This document shows, one piece after another, positions 32,386-42,707 of a stretch of 64,000 bases of DNA. The notes under the pieces were generated by a model. The model worked only from the letters and a program-made list of their open reading frames with translations, searched no databases and was not told the origin of the DNA. The stretch is from Candidatus Bathyarchaeota archaeon (lineage in GTDB: Archaea > Thermoproteota > Bathyarchaeia > Bathyarchaeales > DTEX01), in assembly GCA_963714275.1 (NCBI GenBank), contig CAVQNT010000002.1, forward strand, positions 942,576 to 1,006,575, written 5' to 3'. The translations under genes were made by a program, and so were the position numbers. How positions within the stretch are numbered: position 1 is the first letter of the stretch; each line of letters starts with the position of its first letter.

Positions 32386-32562
32386 TTAGCTTTTGGAAAG
32401 TAAGCCTCGTCCTATCTGTTCGCCTTTGTGGACTGGAACAACTGTTACTCGCCCATCAGCGTGTTTCAATATCACGTGACTGCCTCGTTGTCTCACAGGC
32501 TTAAAGCCGATCTTTTCAAGTACTTTTATGATCTTCCTAGCTGGAAGCGGTCTTAAGCTCAC
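32386..32562 (-). pseudogene. hicA: HicA toxin, C-terminally truncated (absent from the ORF track)
   Basis: Hand translation from GTG: SLRPLPARKIIKVLEKIGFKPVRQRGSHVILKHADGRVTVVPVHKGEQIGRGLLSKS*; stop lies within TTAGCTTAGCT. Confidence 0.82.
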
Positions 32563-32782
32563 TGGTTGGAACCTCTATGAACTGGATGCCTATGAGTTCT
32601 TTCTTCTCTTCAATTGCGGAGCCTTCAACCTCTAGGTAAAGCGACACCGCCTCGTTAATCCTCTTCATTAGTTCGTCTATTGTTTTAGCTTGGGTGTGGC
32701 AGCCTGCGAGCTCAGGAACAGACGCAACGTAATAGCTGTCCTCGTCCTTCTCAATAATGACGCTGAACTTCAAGAAAACCAC
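32537..32782 (-). CDS. hicB: HicB antitoxin
   Basis: IIEKDEDSYYVASVPELAGCHTQAKTIDEL..EAVSLYLE; overlaps hicA. Confidence 0.9.
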   Translation of the reverse strand: MVFLKFSVIIEKDEDSYYVASVPELAGCHTQAKTIDELMKRINEAVSLYLEVEGSAIEEKKELIGIQFIEVPTSELKTASS

Positions 32783-32986
32783 TGTCTTACTGGTATTCCG
32801 TGGCTCTTATATTCTTTTTCTCAGACATTGTTATCCCGCGTGCTTTTTATAATATCTTTAATGTCTGGAATAACCGCACGATAGAGTGAAGCTCTCGCTT
32901 TTCCGTGTTTTTCGTTTTGTCCGTCCTTTGTTTTAGAGGTCGGCGCGAAGCCTTAAGATATATGGGTTGTTTGGGACTTAATTAAC

Positions 32987-33147
32987 GCCCAGAGAATTCT
33001 CAGGTTGGCTTTAAGGGTGCCTCCGGTTCTGGGATTCTTATATTTGGGTACCATCCTATGTCTTGGCTCCACCATATTAAGTAGACATCTTTGAACCCGT
33101 TTTGTTGGGCTACTTCAACAGCTTTCGTTAGGTTCATAGCGTAATAG
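32987..33147. pseudogene. Chimeric remnant: GT2 3' fragment joined to the 115-bp repeat
   Basis: 32987-33039 resembles 44278-44330 and 33033-33147 matches 17755-17869; the two overlap at GATTCTT. Confidence 0.75.
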
Positions 33148-33372
33148 ATCATTATGCTGGCTTAGCTTCATGCTGTATTCAAATGATATTTTTAAAAAAA
33201 AAGTTTTATTTTTCCAAAAATAAAAAAAGTCAGCTAGCTACTATTTTTATATAAAAGACTTATGTGGTCATTCATTTTACTCATAGAAAAGTATATTTTA
33301 TGTTGATTTTTTGTGAATTGAAATTGGTAACTTTTTAATACTTTTTGTCACTTTTTGTTACTGGTGTTAATT

Positions 33373-33519
33373 ATGGAACAGTTTGTTGTGAGGGTTTTTC
33401 AAGGTGGAAAGGTTACTATTCCTAAGCGTTTGAGGGAGTTGTTTGAAGTTAAGGATGGGGATTATGTTAGGCTTACGTTGGTTGAGGTTATTAATCTTAA
33501 AGTAAAGAAGAAATCTTAA
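33373..33519 (+). CDS. Small AbrB/SpoVT DNA-binding protein (48 aa, below ORF-track cutoff)
   Basis: Hand translation MEQFVVRVFQGGKVTIPKRLRELFEVKDGDYVRLTLVEVINLKVKKKS. Confidence 0.82.
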   Translation: MEQFVVRVFQGGKVTIPKRLRELFEVKDGDYVRLTLVEVINLKVKKKS

Positions 33520-33610
33520 GCACATCATTGCTGGTTGTTTCCCCCTCCCTTGTTTTTCACATATGTTTTAAAAGGTAATTTATATGATTCTGGATTTTTG
33601 AGGTTCCTGA

Positions 33611-33985
33611 TTGAGCGCTTTGAAGCATGGTTTATTCAGAATTGGGTTTATGCTTTGTGATCGTTGCGTTTTAAATGGTGAATGCGAGAAATTTCAGCCT
33701 AAAGCTCAGTGTTTGTTGGAGAAGGAGGCTTTTGAAAGCTTTGCGCAAGGAAGTAATGATGCCCATAATGTGGTGAATAAATTGAAGGAGCAGTTTAGTG
33801 TTAAGTTGATTCATGACAGCTTAACTGATTTGCTTGAGCATGAGTATCCAGACGACTCTAAGAGAAAGTTGATTGATGAAATGTGCGAATTACTACATAG
33901 GATGAAGGGTTACCATCATGCAGAGAAACTAGATGTAAATGGTACTATAGGCATAAGTATCCGTCATAACCGAGAACACAGTTAG
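33611..33985 (+). pseudogene. Chimeric ORF: Cys-rich N-terminus fused to a paralog of the gene at 1..677
   Basis: From EAFES onward it aligns with 31..462 and its continuation; ends at GTTAGCTAAGCT. Confidence 0.6.
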
Positions 33986-34037
33986 CTAAGCTAAAAATAG
34001 AGTCGATGTGTATAAGCAAACCCCAAACATTAGTGAG

Positions 34038-34280
34038 CTATTCTAACTCTTCTTTCATCTTCAGGTATTGCTCTGTTGCTATCTCTCCCCTTGCATATCG
34101 TTCTTTGAGTATCTCAAGAGGTCTTTCGCTGGTAGATGGTGTTCTAGTGAATTCAGTGACGAAGCAGTATGCTCCAATCGCCACCAGTACGAGGAACACT
34201 ATCGATATTAGGGGTGCGAGCCCCCAGCCATATCCCATCATACTCATCATCCCGTGTGTGAATCCTGTTAATGGTCTCAA
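34038..34280 (-). CDS. SHOCT-domain membrane protein
   Basis: MMGYGWG, a TM helix, then PLEILKERYARGEI..EQY.KMKEEL. Confidence 0.85.
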   Translation of the reverse strand: MRPLTGFTHGMMSMMGYGWGLAPLISIVFLVLVAIGAYCFVTEFTRTPSTSERPLEILKERYARGEIATEQYLKMKEELE

Positions 34281-34488
34281 CCATAGTAGGGGTGAGATGA
34301 CGACACTCCAATTAGAACGAACAGCAAAATCAGGCTGTTCCTATTTCCAGTCACTTCAGTCCCTCAGTTATAACGACGTTATAGAGGCATATAAACGTGC
34401 CGCCAGAAGACATGTGCTGAAGCGATCAATCTATCCTCTCACATTACACTTATCCTATCACGATCGTTGGTGTTGCTCTATCTGAATC

Positions 34489-34525
34489 TTTGGGTTTGGG
34501 ATTGGGATAAAAATTTAATCTTTTT
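34489..34525 (+). repeat. Dispersed G-tract/palindrome site at the left edge of the 530-bp repeat
   Basis: TTTGGGTTTGGGATTGGGATAAAAATTTAATCTTTTT. Confidence 0.8.
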
Positions 34526-35044
34526 CTTCTTCTTTGTTCTCATGCGTCCGTGTATGTTTGTGCTTAGTGTATAGGTGAAGATGTAAGTGTGTTTCACTAG
34601 CCTCTACCTGCGAAGCTTCGTAGCTTGTGATCTTGACAAATCTAATTCATTCGTTTTTGTTTCCTTCCCAACTACATAACCTAAACCTAAAACGCCAAGA
34701 ATCGTTCGCATTATAGTGTAAAAGTAAGCGTCCCACCAGCCCATCTTGAAAAACGGGGAAAACTCCCAGTAACTTACGCTATAGTACCAACCGTTAAATC
34801 TGGGAGCTACAATCATCCAGTCTAAGTCAACAAGTCCAGAAGCTAACAAAACGACGGAGCCGAGAAGCAATAACACGGTTTTATCATTCATTGTTTTTTT
34901 CCTCAACGTTTCTTCTAGACTTAGACTATGGTTTTCATTCAGACTTCAATTCTCCAAAAAAAATTAAGGCAGCCAATAATAAATGTGTGAGAAAGAAAAT
35001 TAAGAATTCAACCTTCTTATCATATAACCAAACTAAAATAAAAA
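34511..35044 (+). repeat. ~530-bp direct repeat, copy 2
   Basis: Matches 22121-22650. Confidence 0.95.
34604..34906 (-). CDS. Small membrane protein (duplicate)
   Basis: Paralog of 22141..22500. Confidence 0.6.
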   Translation of the reverse strand: MRKKTMNDKTVLLLLGSVVLLASGLVDLDWMIVAPRFNGWYYSVSYWEFSPFFKMGWWDAYFYTIMRTILGVLGLGYVVGKETKTNELDLSRSQATKLRR

Positions 35045-35168
35045 TGCGTAACCGTCAAATATTTTCCAGCGAATATAGCTGAGTTAGCTATACACACGCA
35101 AAGGTTTCAGGTTAGAAATTAGCCATGCTAAAAGTGGTTGAATAGGACAAAGGAGAGCGCGCGTAATT

Positions 35169-37295
35169 CTAGTTTATCACTTCTACCACTTCTTTTATTC
35201 TTATGCATAATGTTCCGTCCATCCTATAAAGGTCGGCAGCTGCCTTGAACCTTGAGTTCTTCTTTATCAATGCTTTAGGTCCGTTGTATTCTTCAGGTGT
35301 AAGCCGAGCCCTCCATTTGTCGTTCACTATGACCACTGCTATGTTTGGATATATCTTTTCAACGGCTACCTCGTACATTTTTTCGCCGACCGCCTTTACA
35401 GCTGATGCGACGGCATAGCGATCTTGTCCTATCTCCGTAACAAGGCCTTCTCTAACCATCTTTCCAACTGTTGCTTTCAGAACTTGAGGCGAACTCCTTC
35501 ATACTCCATGTCTGAAGCTATTTGACCTATATCTGCGCCGGAACCTCCTCTTTCCAAAAGTTTCATATACAGTATTCGTGAGGTACATTCAACCTTCCTG
35601 TTAAACTCTCTTAATAATTTCAGCTTCAGGTTTCACTGCTTCAGGTTCAGCCTTAACCTGCCTAGCTTCCTCCTCCAGCGTTCTTATCTCCATCTGTGTC
35701 AGCGGGTTTGAAGTCGGCTTAGAATGTTTTCTGACAAGAGGCTGAAGCTTCAGGTTCATGTTCTCAGCTATAGTCTTCATCTTCTCAGTTCTTCTTCTGC
35801 TGGCGTAGAGGTAGATCATGTCGAGGCTTTCGTTCGCCGCTAAGATTGTGACTTTGCCAGGGGCTTTTCTCCCTGTTCTGCCGCGTCGCTGGATATATCT
35901 TATTTCGCTTGGTATAGGCTCATAAAATATGACGTGGTCCACTGCTGGAATGTCCAAGCCTTCCTCAGCGATTGAGGTTGCCACTAAAACATTCAGTTCG
36001 CCTTCTTCAAGCATTCTTATCCTTTCAGCCTGCTCTTCCTGAGTCAAACCTTTATCCATCAGTCTTTGAGGCTTGACCGACAAACCTATCAGCCTTCACG
36101 CCTGGAACCGCGTTTAGCTCTTCAACCAGATGGCTTGCTGTATCCCTATACTGTGTGAAGACAAGCATCCTTGATGACGGCTTTTTCTCAATTTGTTCCT
36201 TCACTATTTGTTTCAGAAGTTCAGCCTTCGGATGTTCCGTGGAGCTGTTTTTAACAGAGGTCTCTAATTTCCCATATTCCGAGTCACTTACAAGTATGGC
36301 ATAGCTGCGCTTCTCCCGTTTCTCCAGTTCAACCTTTTTTAGGAAAGCTCTCAGCGTATGGAGTCCTTGAGTCTCCAATAATTCAAGCATATGAAACAAT
36401 GTTAAGGCCAGTGACTGGTTTATTATGGCTGTGAAAATGTTGCCTCTTTCCTCCTCTATGCTTTCTTCAAGCATGAACCTGAGTTCATTTCCAGCCTCAA
36501 TCAGGCTTCTTCTGGTAACGTATTCTAGTCTGCGTTTGATTATGCCCCTGCCAATCAGCCAGTTCACCCTTCTATCCAGCATAGTCCTGATTTGAAACCT
36601 ATATCCAAGTATTCTTTTGGCAGGTTTACTCGTTTCCATTCAACCTCTATCGGCTGGATGTAAGGCTTGACATCTGAGTCTTCTTCGCTTCTGTACTCAA
36701 CCCCTTCAATGTACAGGTTTCTGCAGACCGCTAACACTCTGTCTAGGTCTGAGCCTGGAGAAGCCGTCATACCCAATATAAGCGGATAACGGGCTTGAGA
36801 AACGTAGAGCTGAGCAATGTCAGTGTACGCATATTCTTTCACGGCTTTGTGACACTCGTCAAAGACAACTAAGCCATAGTTTTCGAGCGATAACCTATGT
36901 TCATGGAGGTCGTTTCTTACCACTTGAGGCGTAGAGAAAACTATTCTAGCCTCGCCTTCCCAAACTAGATGTCTATAATCTGGAGACGTCTCCCCCGTTA
37001 AGAGCACCGTATCCTTTTCCCGAAGCTTGAGCAGCCTTAAGAAACTGTTCCTATGCTGCAAAACCAAAGGCCGCGTAGGCGCCATAACCAAGACCTTAAA
37101 GTCCTTGTAGTTGTAAAGCACATTTGCTGCTACAATTACTGAGATAACAGTTTTGCCTAACGCGGTTGGCAGGATAACCAGCGTGTTTCTTTCTGAGGCT
37201 ACATCCGCTATATGTTTCTGGTAGAGCCTGAACTCTACAGTCTCAGGCCAGATCAAGGGATGCTCGAAGTATTTTGGGCCGTATGCTTCCAGCAT
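35169..37295 (-). CDS. Hef/FANCM-like SF2 DEAH helicase with no recognisable ERCC4 nuclease; split by frameshifts
   Basis: RLYQ, PTALGKT, PTRPLV, DECH, GMTASPG, VFTQYRDT, FVGQA, ATSIAEEGLDIP and QRRGRTGR across four ORFs. Confidence 0.9.
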
Positions 37296-37300
37296 AACTG

Positions 37301-37627
37301 CTACAGCTCTATAACCTCTTCTCCCTTCCTACCCTTCCCTGCCTTAACTTTAGGGTTAACCGAGTCGATCATGCTCAACAGCTTAGGCAGCTTCTCGTTT
37401 TGGAACATCTCCTTGAACTCTTCAAGTTCAGCGCTTGATCTCAAGACCAGCCCCCGTCGCTTCTTGGGGGTGCCAGTCTCGTCAACAGGGTTAAGTTCCG
37501 CGACTAAGCGTGCTGGAGAGGTCTTGTAAGGTGGAAGCTTCAGCACAAAGACGCCTGGAACACTTGTTCTCGTTCTGGACCAGTCTTTCCCAGTCTTAAG
37601 GAAATCCGCAAGTTTCTCTTCAGACAA
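37301..37627 (-). CDS. Hypothetical protein co-transcribed with the helicase
   Basis: 108 aa; ends 5 bp before the helicase start; GGTG RBS and AAAGTTTTAA TATA-like sequence upstream. Confidence 0.75.
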   Translation of the reverse strand: MSEEKLADFLKTGKDWSRTRTSVPGVFVLKLPPYKTSPARLVAELNPVDETGTPKKRRGLVLRSSAELEEFKEMFQNEKLPKLLSMIDSVNPKVKAGKGRKGEEVIEL

Positions 37628-37887
37628 AACGTAACACCAAAATCATTATCAACTTGTAGAGAGTTAAAACTTTCCGTAATACTACCACTTCATTTTCCTT
37701 ATTTAACAGCAACCAGATAAGCTCGCGCGCGCCAAACTTACTTTCCTTCTTTTTTCAGACTAGCTAGTACCAGCTTTCAAAAAGTACAGTATATTTCCAC
37801 GGTGGTTTTTTTGGACTAAGTGGATGACTGATGAAGAGCATGAGTTGTTTAGGTCTTTTTGGAAGAACATCAAGAAACTTAAACAGT

Positions 37888-38289
37888 GAGCTTGTCATGC
37901 AACGATGTTAATATTGTGTCTTGATTTCTCGTTCACATCTTTCCATTTCACGATATTTTCCGCAGTAGCCTACCTCGCCAAGATTACGGCATGTGAACAC
38001 ACTCGGCTGATAATATTTGCATTTATATGAGTATTTACAGGCGAAGAAATTCTTTAGAATCGTGGCAATCTGCACATAGGGTCACTCGAGTATTATAATG
38101 CCTAGTATCTTTCTGCAGAGAGAACTAATGATTTGTGAAATACACATTCAGAGTTCAGTTTAGAAGGACTGACTCATAAGAAAAGAAAAAGTGAAAAAAC
38201 AAGAATGAAAGAACGAAAAAAAACGGATAAAAGGTTTGGGTTAAGGAATTGAAATTTATTAGATGACTGCTAGAAGATATCTGGAAGAC
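37888..38289 (+). repeat. ~400-bp direct repeat, copy 2 (includes Cys-rich ORF 37908..38075, minus strand)
   Basis: Matches 26278-26676. Confidence 0.95.
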
Positions 38290-38543
38290 AATAAATAATT
38301 ATAAAGCAATATTTTATTAGAAAAAATCTATATAATTTTACGTTTTCTTCACTTTATTCCGAATATGATGAAAGTGCACTATTTAGCCAGTATACAGCGG
38401 TTAAAATGGTATATTCTTCAATTTTGAATGGTAGCCCGGATTACGTGACTTATCTCGTTTAAATTTCTCAAAACTGGGAAATTCTTTCAGGTTAAACAGA
38501 TTGTCTTTTTTGTTGGTTTCCTATACAGTCTCTCGACATATGT

Positions 38544-39127
38544 TTACCGTTGTTTTGTGGATACCAACGCCCATCTATCCGCCATCATGGGATTACCCCT
38601 CCACTCGACTCTGAACCCCTCAAGTATTTTCTCCCACTCCGCTTGGTCCACATAACTAAAGAAACCTCCGGTCACGCTAAGGTACGCCAGTCCTTTTGGC
38701 TTGAGGATACGCCTTATTTCGTTCACAGCTGATTCATGGTGTTGTGGTGCCATAGAACACAACAGTCCATTGGCGAGAACGAAGTCAATTGACCCGTCTT
38801 TTATGAAGCTCAGGTCGGAGGCAGATGAAGCGTGCGCTTCGACGTTGTTGTAACCACGTTTATCCGCTTTTTTTTCCAGCGTTCGATGGCCTTTTCATCC
38901 GAATCAACTGCGTAGACTCTTCCTTCAGGACCAACGCATCCAGCCAAAGCGAGTGTATAATAACCTGGATCACAGCCAAGGTCAGCAGCCACCTGACCTT
39001 TTGTGACGTATGGACAATATTTGTTTGGGTTACTGAACAGCCTTCTGAGCGGGTTATCATGCGCAAAGAGGGGGAAGTGCTTGTCTCGTTTCTCTTCGCT
39101 CGTGGTCACTTCCTGAACCTGCCTCAT
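38544..39127 (-). CDS. Class I SAM-dependent methyltransferase, frameshifted
   Basis: ADLGCDPG..VGPEGRVYAVD; downstream SIDFV..EIRRILKPKG. Confidence 0.8.
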
Positions 39128-39187
39128 GCCCTGATTCGTATGTGCTCGGTAAAATACTTTCTCGAGTTGGGTTCAAACATTGCGCAA

Positions 39188-40543
39188 TCAACGCCCGTTT
39201 CTCAGCTCAGCTGACTCGTATGGACTCAGGATAACAGGCTCTTGGCATTCCCTGAATTTGAGGGCTACTCGATTATGTCGATTCTGGAGATTATTGGTAT
39301 TGTAAGCATCGCTATGATTGAGGCAAGAACAAATCCTACTGTATAACCATAGGACGGTTATCACCAGACCTCCAAGAGCTGAGCCAATTGCGTTGGCTAC
39401 TCCAATTGATGACTGGAGTTCTCCTTGGACGCTTCCTTTACGATCTGCGGGAGCCTGTGAGATAGCGAAAGTCGTGATTGGAAGCCAGATCATGGCGTAG
39501 AAGATGCTCCAAATGATGGAGATTATGAGAGGAAATATGAAGACAAAGGATACTGGATAGAAAAAGAATATTGGAAGCGCGGCCCAGCATAGTATTAGAC
39601 CGCCTCTGACGAGAACGACGCGATTGAGTAACTGTTTGTGATCCGAATTTATGCGCGGAGCGATCCTGACAAAGGCGATGGCTTGCGCCACGCCTGCTGC
39701 ACTGCTAACTGCCAGTATGAGACTATCTGAGAGCCCAAGAACTCTCATCAGCGGTATCTGGCCTACGCCGAAGAAATTTATGCCTATCCAATGCACAAAG
39801 GCGGCCAAGAAGAGCAGTTGGAGCGGCTTCAGCTGTTTCAGGTTTTTGGGAATCTTGAATCTCCTTATGTCCAAGTAATGCAAGACAGGCTTAGGTGAAA
39901 AGAATCTTTCTACGTCATGGAAGCTTCTCACTTGGAAAGGATGCCTTTCAAGTGTTATTTCAGGTTCTTGTCCCGTCCTCCAGAGCAGGAGAGCCGCAAG
40001 AAAGCACATGGCAGCTGAGATGTAAAAGAGCCAGCGGGTCTCATAGAATTGCGCTGCAACCGTGTATGTTAAGAGTCCCAATATGTTGCCCACACTAGTG
40101 ACAGAATTATATCTTGCAACTCCGCCTTGCCAATTCTTACCCTTACAACATTCCACAGTGTACATTACGGCAATAGGGGCTACGCCACTAGTAATACTAA
40201 CAAGTACAGTATAGAGGAGAATCAACTGTGGAACAGAGTTTGCCATACTTAATGCTAGGAATATTGGACCTAGGATTATGAAGAAGAAGAGGAGATACTT
40301 CTTCCTCCTTCCAGAAAAGTCAGAAAGTCTTCCCCATACCGCAGAAAGTACGATTGTTGCCACAGCTCCAGCAGCGGTCATAACTCCAATATCGGCTACA
40401 TTTGCACCCAAGGATAGAGCGACCAAAGTTGCGAGAAGCCCAGGGGAGCCGATCGCCATGTAAAGAGGGATTAGGGAAAGATGCCAACGCGTTTCCGGCT
40501 TTTCATTCGGTTTCACAGGATCGACAGCACCCGTCTGACTCAC
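39188..40543 (-). CDS. MFS transporter (likely frameshift near C-terminus)
   Basis: WGRLSDFSGRRK motif A; about 12 TM segments. Confidence 0.9.
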   Translation of the reverse strand: MSQTGAVDPVKPNEKPETRWHLSLIPLYMAIGSPGLLATLVALSLGANVADIGVMTAAGAVATIVLSAVWGRLSDFSGRRKKYLLFFFIILGPIFLALSMANSVPQLILLYTVLVSITSGVAPIAVMYTVECCKGKNWQGGVARYNSVTSVGNILGLLTYTVAAQFYETRWLFYISAAMCFLAALLLWRTGQEPEITLERHPFQVRSFHDVERFFSPKPVLHYLDIRRFKIPKNLKQLKPLQLLFLAAFVHWIGINFFGVGQIPLMRVLGLSDSLILAVSSAAGVAQAIAFVRIAPRINSDHKQLLNRVVLVRGGLILCWAALPIFFFYPVSFVFIFPLIISIIWSIFYAMIWLPITTFAISQAPADRKGSVQGELQSSIGVANAIGSALGGLVITVLWLYSRICSCLNHSDAYNTNNLQNRHNRVALKFRECQEPVILSPYESAELRNGR

Positions 40544-40745
40544 CTCTTTTGTCTATCAACGTAGATAAAGTCGCGTCTTCAGCGCTCCAAGAGTGACGAT
40601 ACCGATGAGAAGAAGTCTCATTTATCTTTTTATTTTTTTGAGGTCTCCATCTTTGGTTTTTAGGAATTCTAGCGCTTGCGTCTTTTTATTAAAGAACAGT
40701 ACAAAACGATGGTGATATCTTCCCAACTAGCAGAAGAGAGAGAAA

Positions 40746-40780
40746 GATTAAAATTTAATTCCTTCCTTCCTTCCTTCCTT
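40746..40780 (+). repeat. Palindrome core GATTAAAATTTAAT followed by a (TTCC)n microsatellite
   Basis: Read directly from the sequence. Confidence 0.7.
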
Positions 40781-41051
40781 ACAAGAATGCTAGCTCAGCT
40801 AGATTCTTTAGATTTCAACCGATAACATGGGAGGATACTCTTCAGCCATTCTGAAAATAAGTTCCTCTTCCCAGTAGACCTTAAGGTAGAATCCATGTCC
40901 TAGCTAAGCTCACTAACTATCCATAATGCTATACTTCACTCTCTAACAGAGAGATAGATAACAAACACGCAACACAAAAAAATAACTTTGAAGAATTTAT
41001 AAGACATAAAAGTATATATATTTATATTATCGGAAAAAGGGTTAGGTTGAT

Positions 41052-42062
41052 ATGAAAAAAATTTTAAATGAGCCTTCGGGATTTGTCGACGATATGCTTC
41101 AGGGCATCTTAAAAGCCTATCCAAACCACCTGCGTCTTGTTGAAGGTAGTAGACGAGCTTCAGCTCGGGTTGAAGCTCCCGTTAAAGAAAAAGTAGGTAT
41201 TGTTACAGGCGGAGGTTCAGGTCACCTTCCAGTATTTCTGGGATATGTCGGAAAAGGACTCGTTGACTCGGTTGCAGTTGGAGATGTCTTCAACTCTCCC
41301 ACTATGGATGATGTGCTGGCGGCTACTAAGGCAGTAAACGCTGGTGAAGGAGTTCTGTACCTTTATGGGAATTATATGGGGGATGTTCTTAACTTCGACA
41401 TGACTGCTGAAATGGCCGAAATTGAGGGCATAAAAGTTGAAACGGTCTTAGTTAGCGACGACGTGGCTTCAGCTCCTAAAAACCAATGGAAAAGAAGAAG
41501 AGGAATCGCTGGCTTATTTTTTGCCTATAAAATTGCAGGCGCAAAGGCTGAAGAGCGTGGTAAACTAGATGAAGTTAAAGCAGTAGCCGAGAAAACTGTA
41601 TTTAACACCCGTTCGATGGGTGTAGCCTTATCTCCATGCACAATCCCCGCTGTCGGTAAACCAACATTTAGTATTAGCGAAGATGAGATGGAGTTAGGCA
41701 TGGGCATTCACGGTGAACCTGGTATTGAACGAACCAAAATGATGACTGCTAATGAAATTGCGAATATATTAACTAATAAGATTCTGGAAGATTTACCTTT
41801 CAAGAAGGAAGATGAAATAGCCATTTTAGTTAATGGCTTAGGCGCTACCCCTCTTGAAGAATTATTCATCGTCTATAGCAAAGTAAACGAAATTCTGAAT
41901 GAAAAAGCGATTATCGTGCATAAAGCCTACATAGGAGAGTATGCTACCTCTATGGAAATGTCAGGCTGCTCATTAAGTCTTCTTCGACTTGATGAAGAAC
42001 TGAAAATACTTCTTGACACGCAAGCTTTCTCACCATTCCTTATGCAATGGGGATGCTATTGA
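41052..42062 (+). CDS. dhaK: Dihydroxyacetone kinase subunit K family
   Basis: GGGSGHLP, GNYMGD, DDVAS, RRGIAG, GMGIHGEPG, NGLGAT. Confidence 0.93.
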   Translation: MKKILNEPSGFVDDMLQGILKAYPNHLRLVEGSRRASARVEAPVKEKVGIVTGGGSGHLPVFLGYVGKGLVDSVAVGDVFNSPTMDDVLAATKAVNAGEGVLYLYGNYMGDVLNFDMTAEMAEIEGIKVETVLVSDDVASAPKNQWKRRRGIAGLFFAYKIAGAKAEERGKLDEVKAVAEKTVFNTRSMGVALSPCTIPAVGKPTFSISEDEMELGMGIHGEPGIERTKMMTANEIANILTNKILEDLPFKKEDEIAILVNGLGATPLEELFIVYSKVNEILNEKAIIVHKAYIGEYATSMEMSGCSLSLLRLDEELKILLDTQAFSPFLMQWGCY

Positions 42063-42707
42063 AAGATAAGATAACGTCTGCTTACTTAATCAAAATATTC
42101 GAAAAAATAGCTAATGATGTTACAGAATCTAAAGATTTCATCCGTGAACTTGATGCAGCCGTAGGAGATGGCGATCTCGGGGTAACCACATCCGACTGGA
42201 TTAAAGAGTTTAAGAAACGGTCTTGTTGAACTTTCAGACAGTGATATAGGAACCATCCTGATTAAATGCGGTATAAACTATAACAAGTCTGGGGCATCTA
42301 CCTTTGGAACGCTATTAGCCATAGCATTAATGAAAGCAGGAAACGAGGTAAAGGGTAAAAATGATGTTGATCTACTCGACCTTGTAAAAATGGCTAATGC
42401 AGCTGTTCAAGAAATCAAAGATCGTGGAAAGGCGCAAATAGGCGACAAGACGATACTCGACGTTTTAGTGCCCGCTACTGAAGCGTTGCAAAGTGCATAT
42501 AACCACAAAAAGAATATGGCAGAGGCTTTGGATGAAGCTTTAAATGCTGGTGAAGAAGGCTTAAAGTCAACCATACAAATGAGGTCGAAGGTTGGTCGTT
42601 CCAGCTGGCTGGGAGAAAAAACAATAGGAAAACAAGATCCAGGCGCTACTGTAATTTATCTAATGCTTAAATCATTCACCGAATTTGTGAAATCACTAGC
42701 TGACTAG
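42047..42707 (+). CDS. dhaL: Dihydroxyacetone kinase subunit L family, frameshifted ~42195
   Basis: LDAAVGDGDLG; RGKAQIGDKTILD; GRSSWLGE..DPGA. Confidence 0.88.

Noticed and set aside
34006-34485. 159-aa plus-strand ORF and other short antisense ORFs over identified genes
   Set aside because: Shadow ORFs opposite genes with clear motifs (here the SHOCT protein).
35169-37295. Programmed frameshifting or a multi-gene split helicase
   Set aside because: Frameshifts are equally frequent in unrelated genes across the window, so sequencing error is the simpler explanation.
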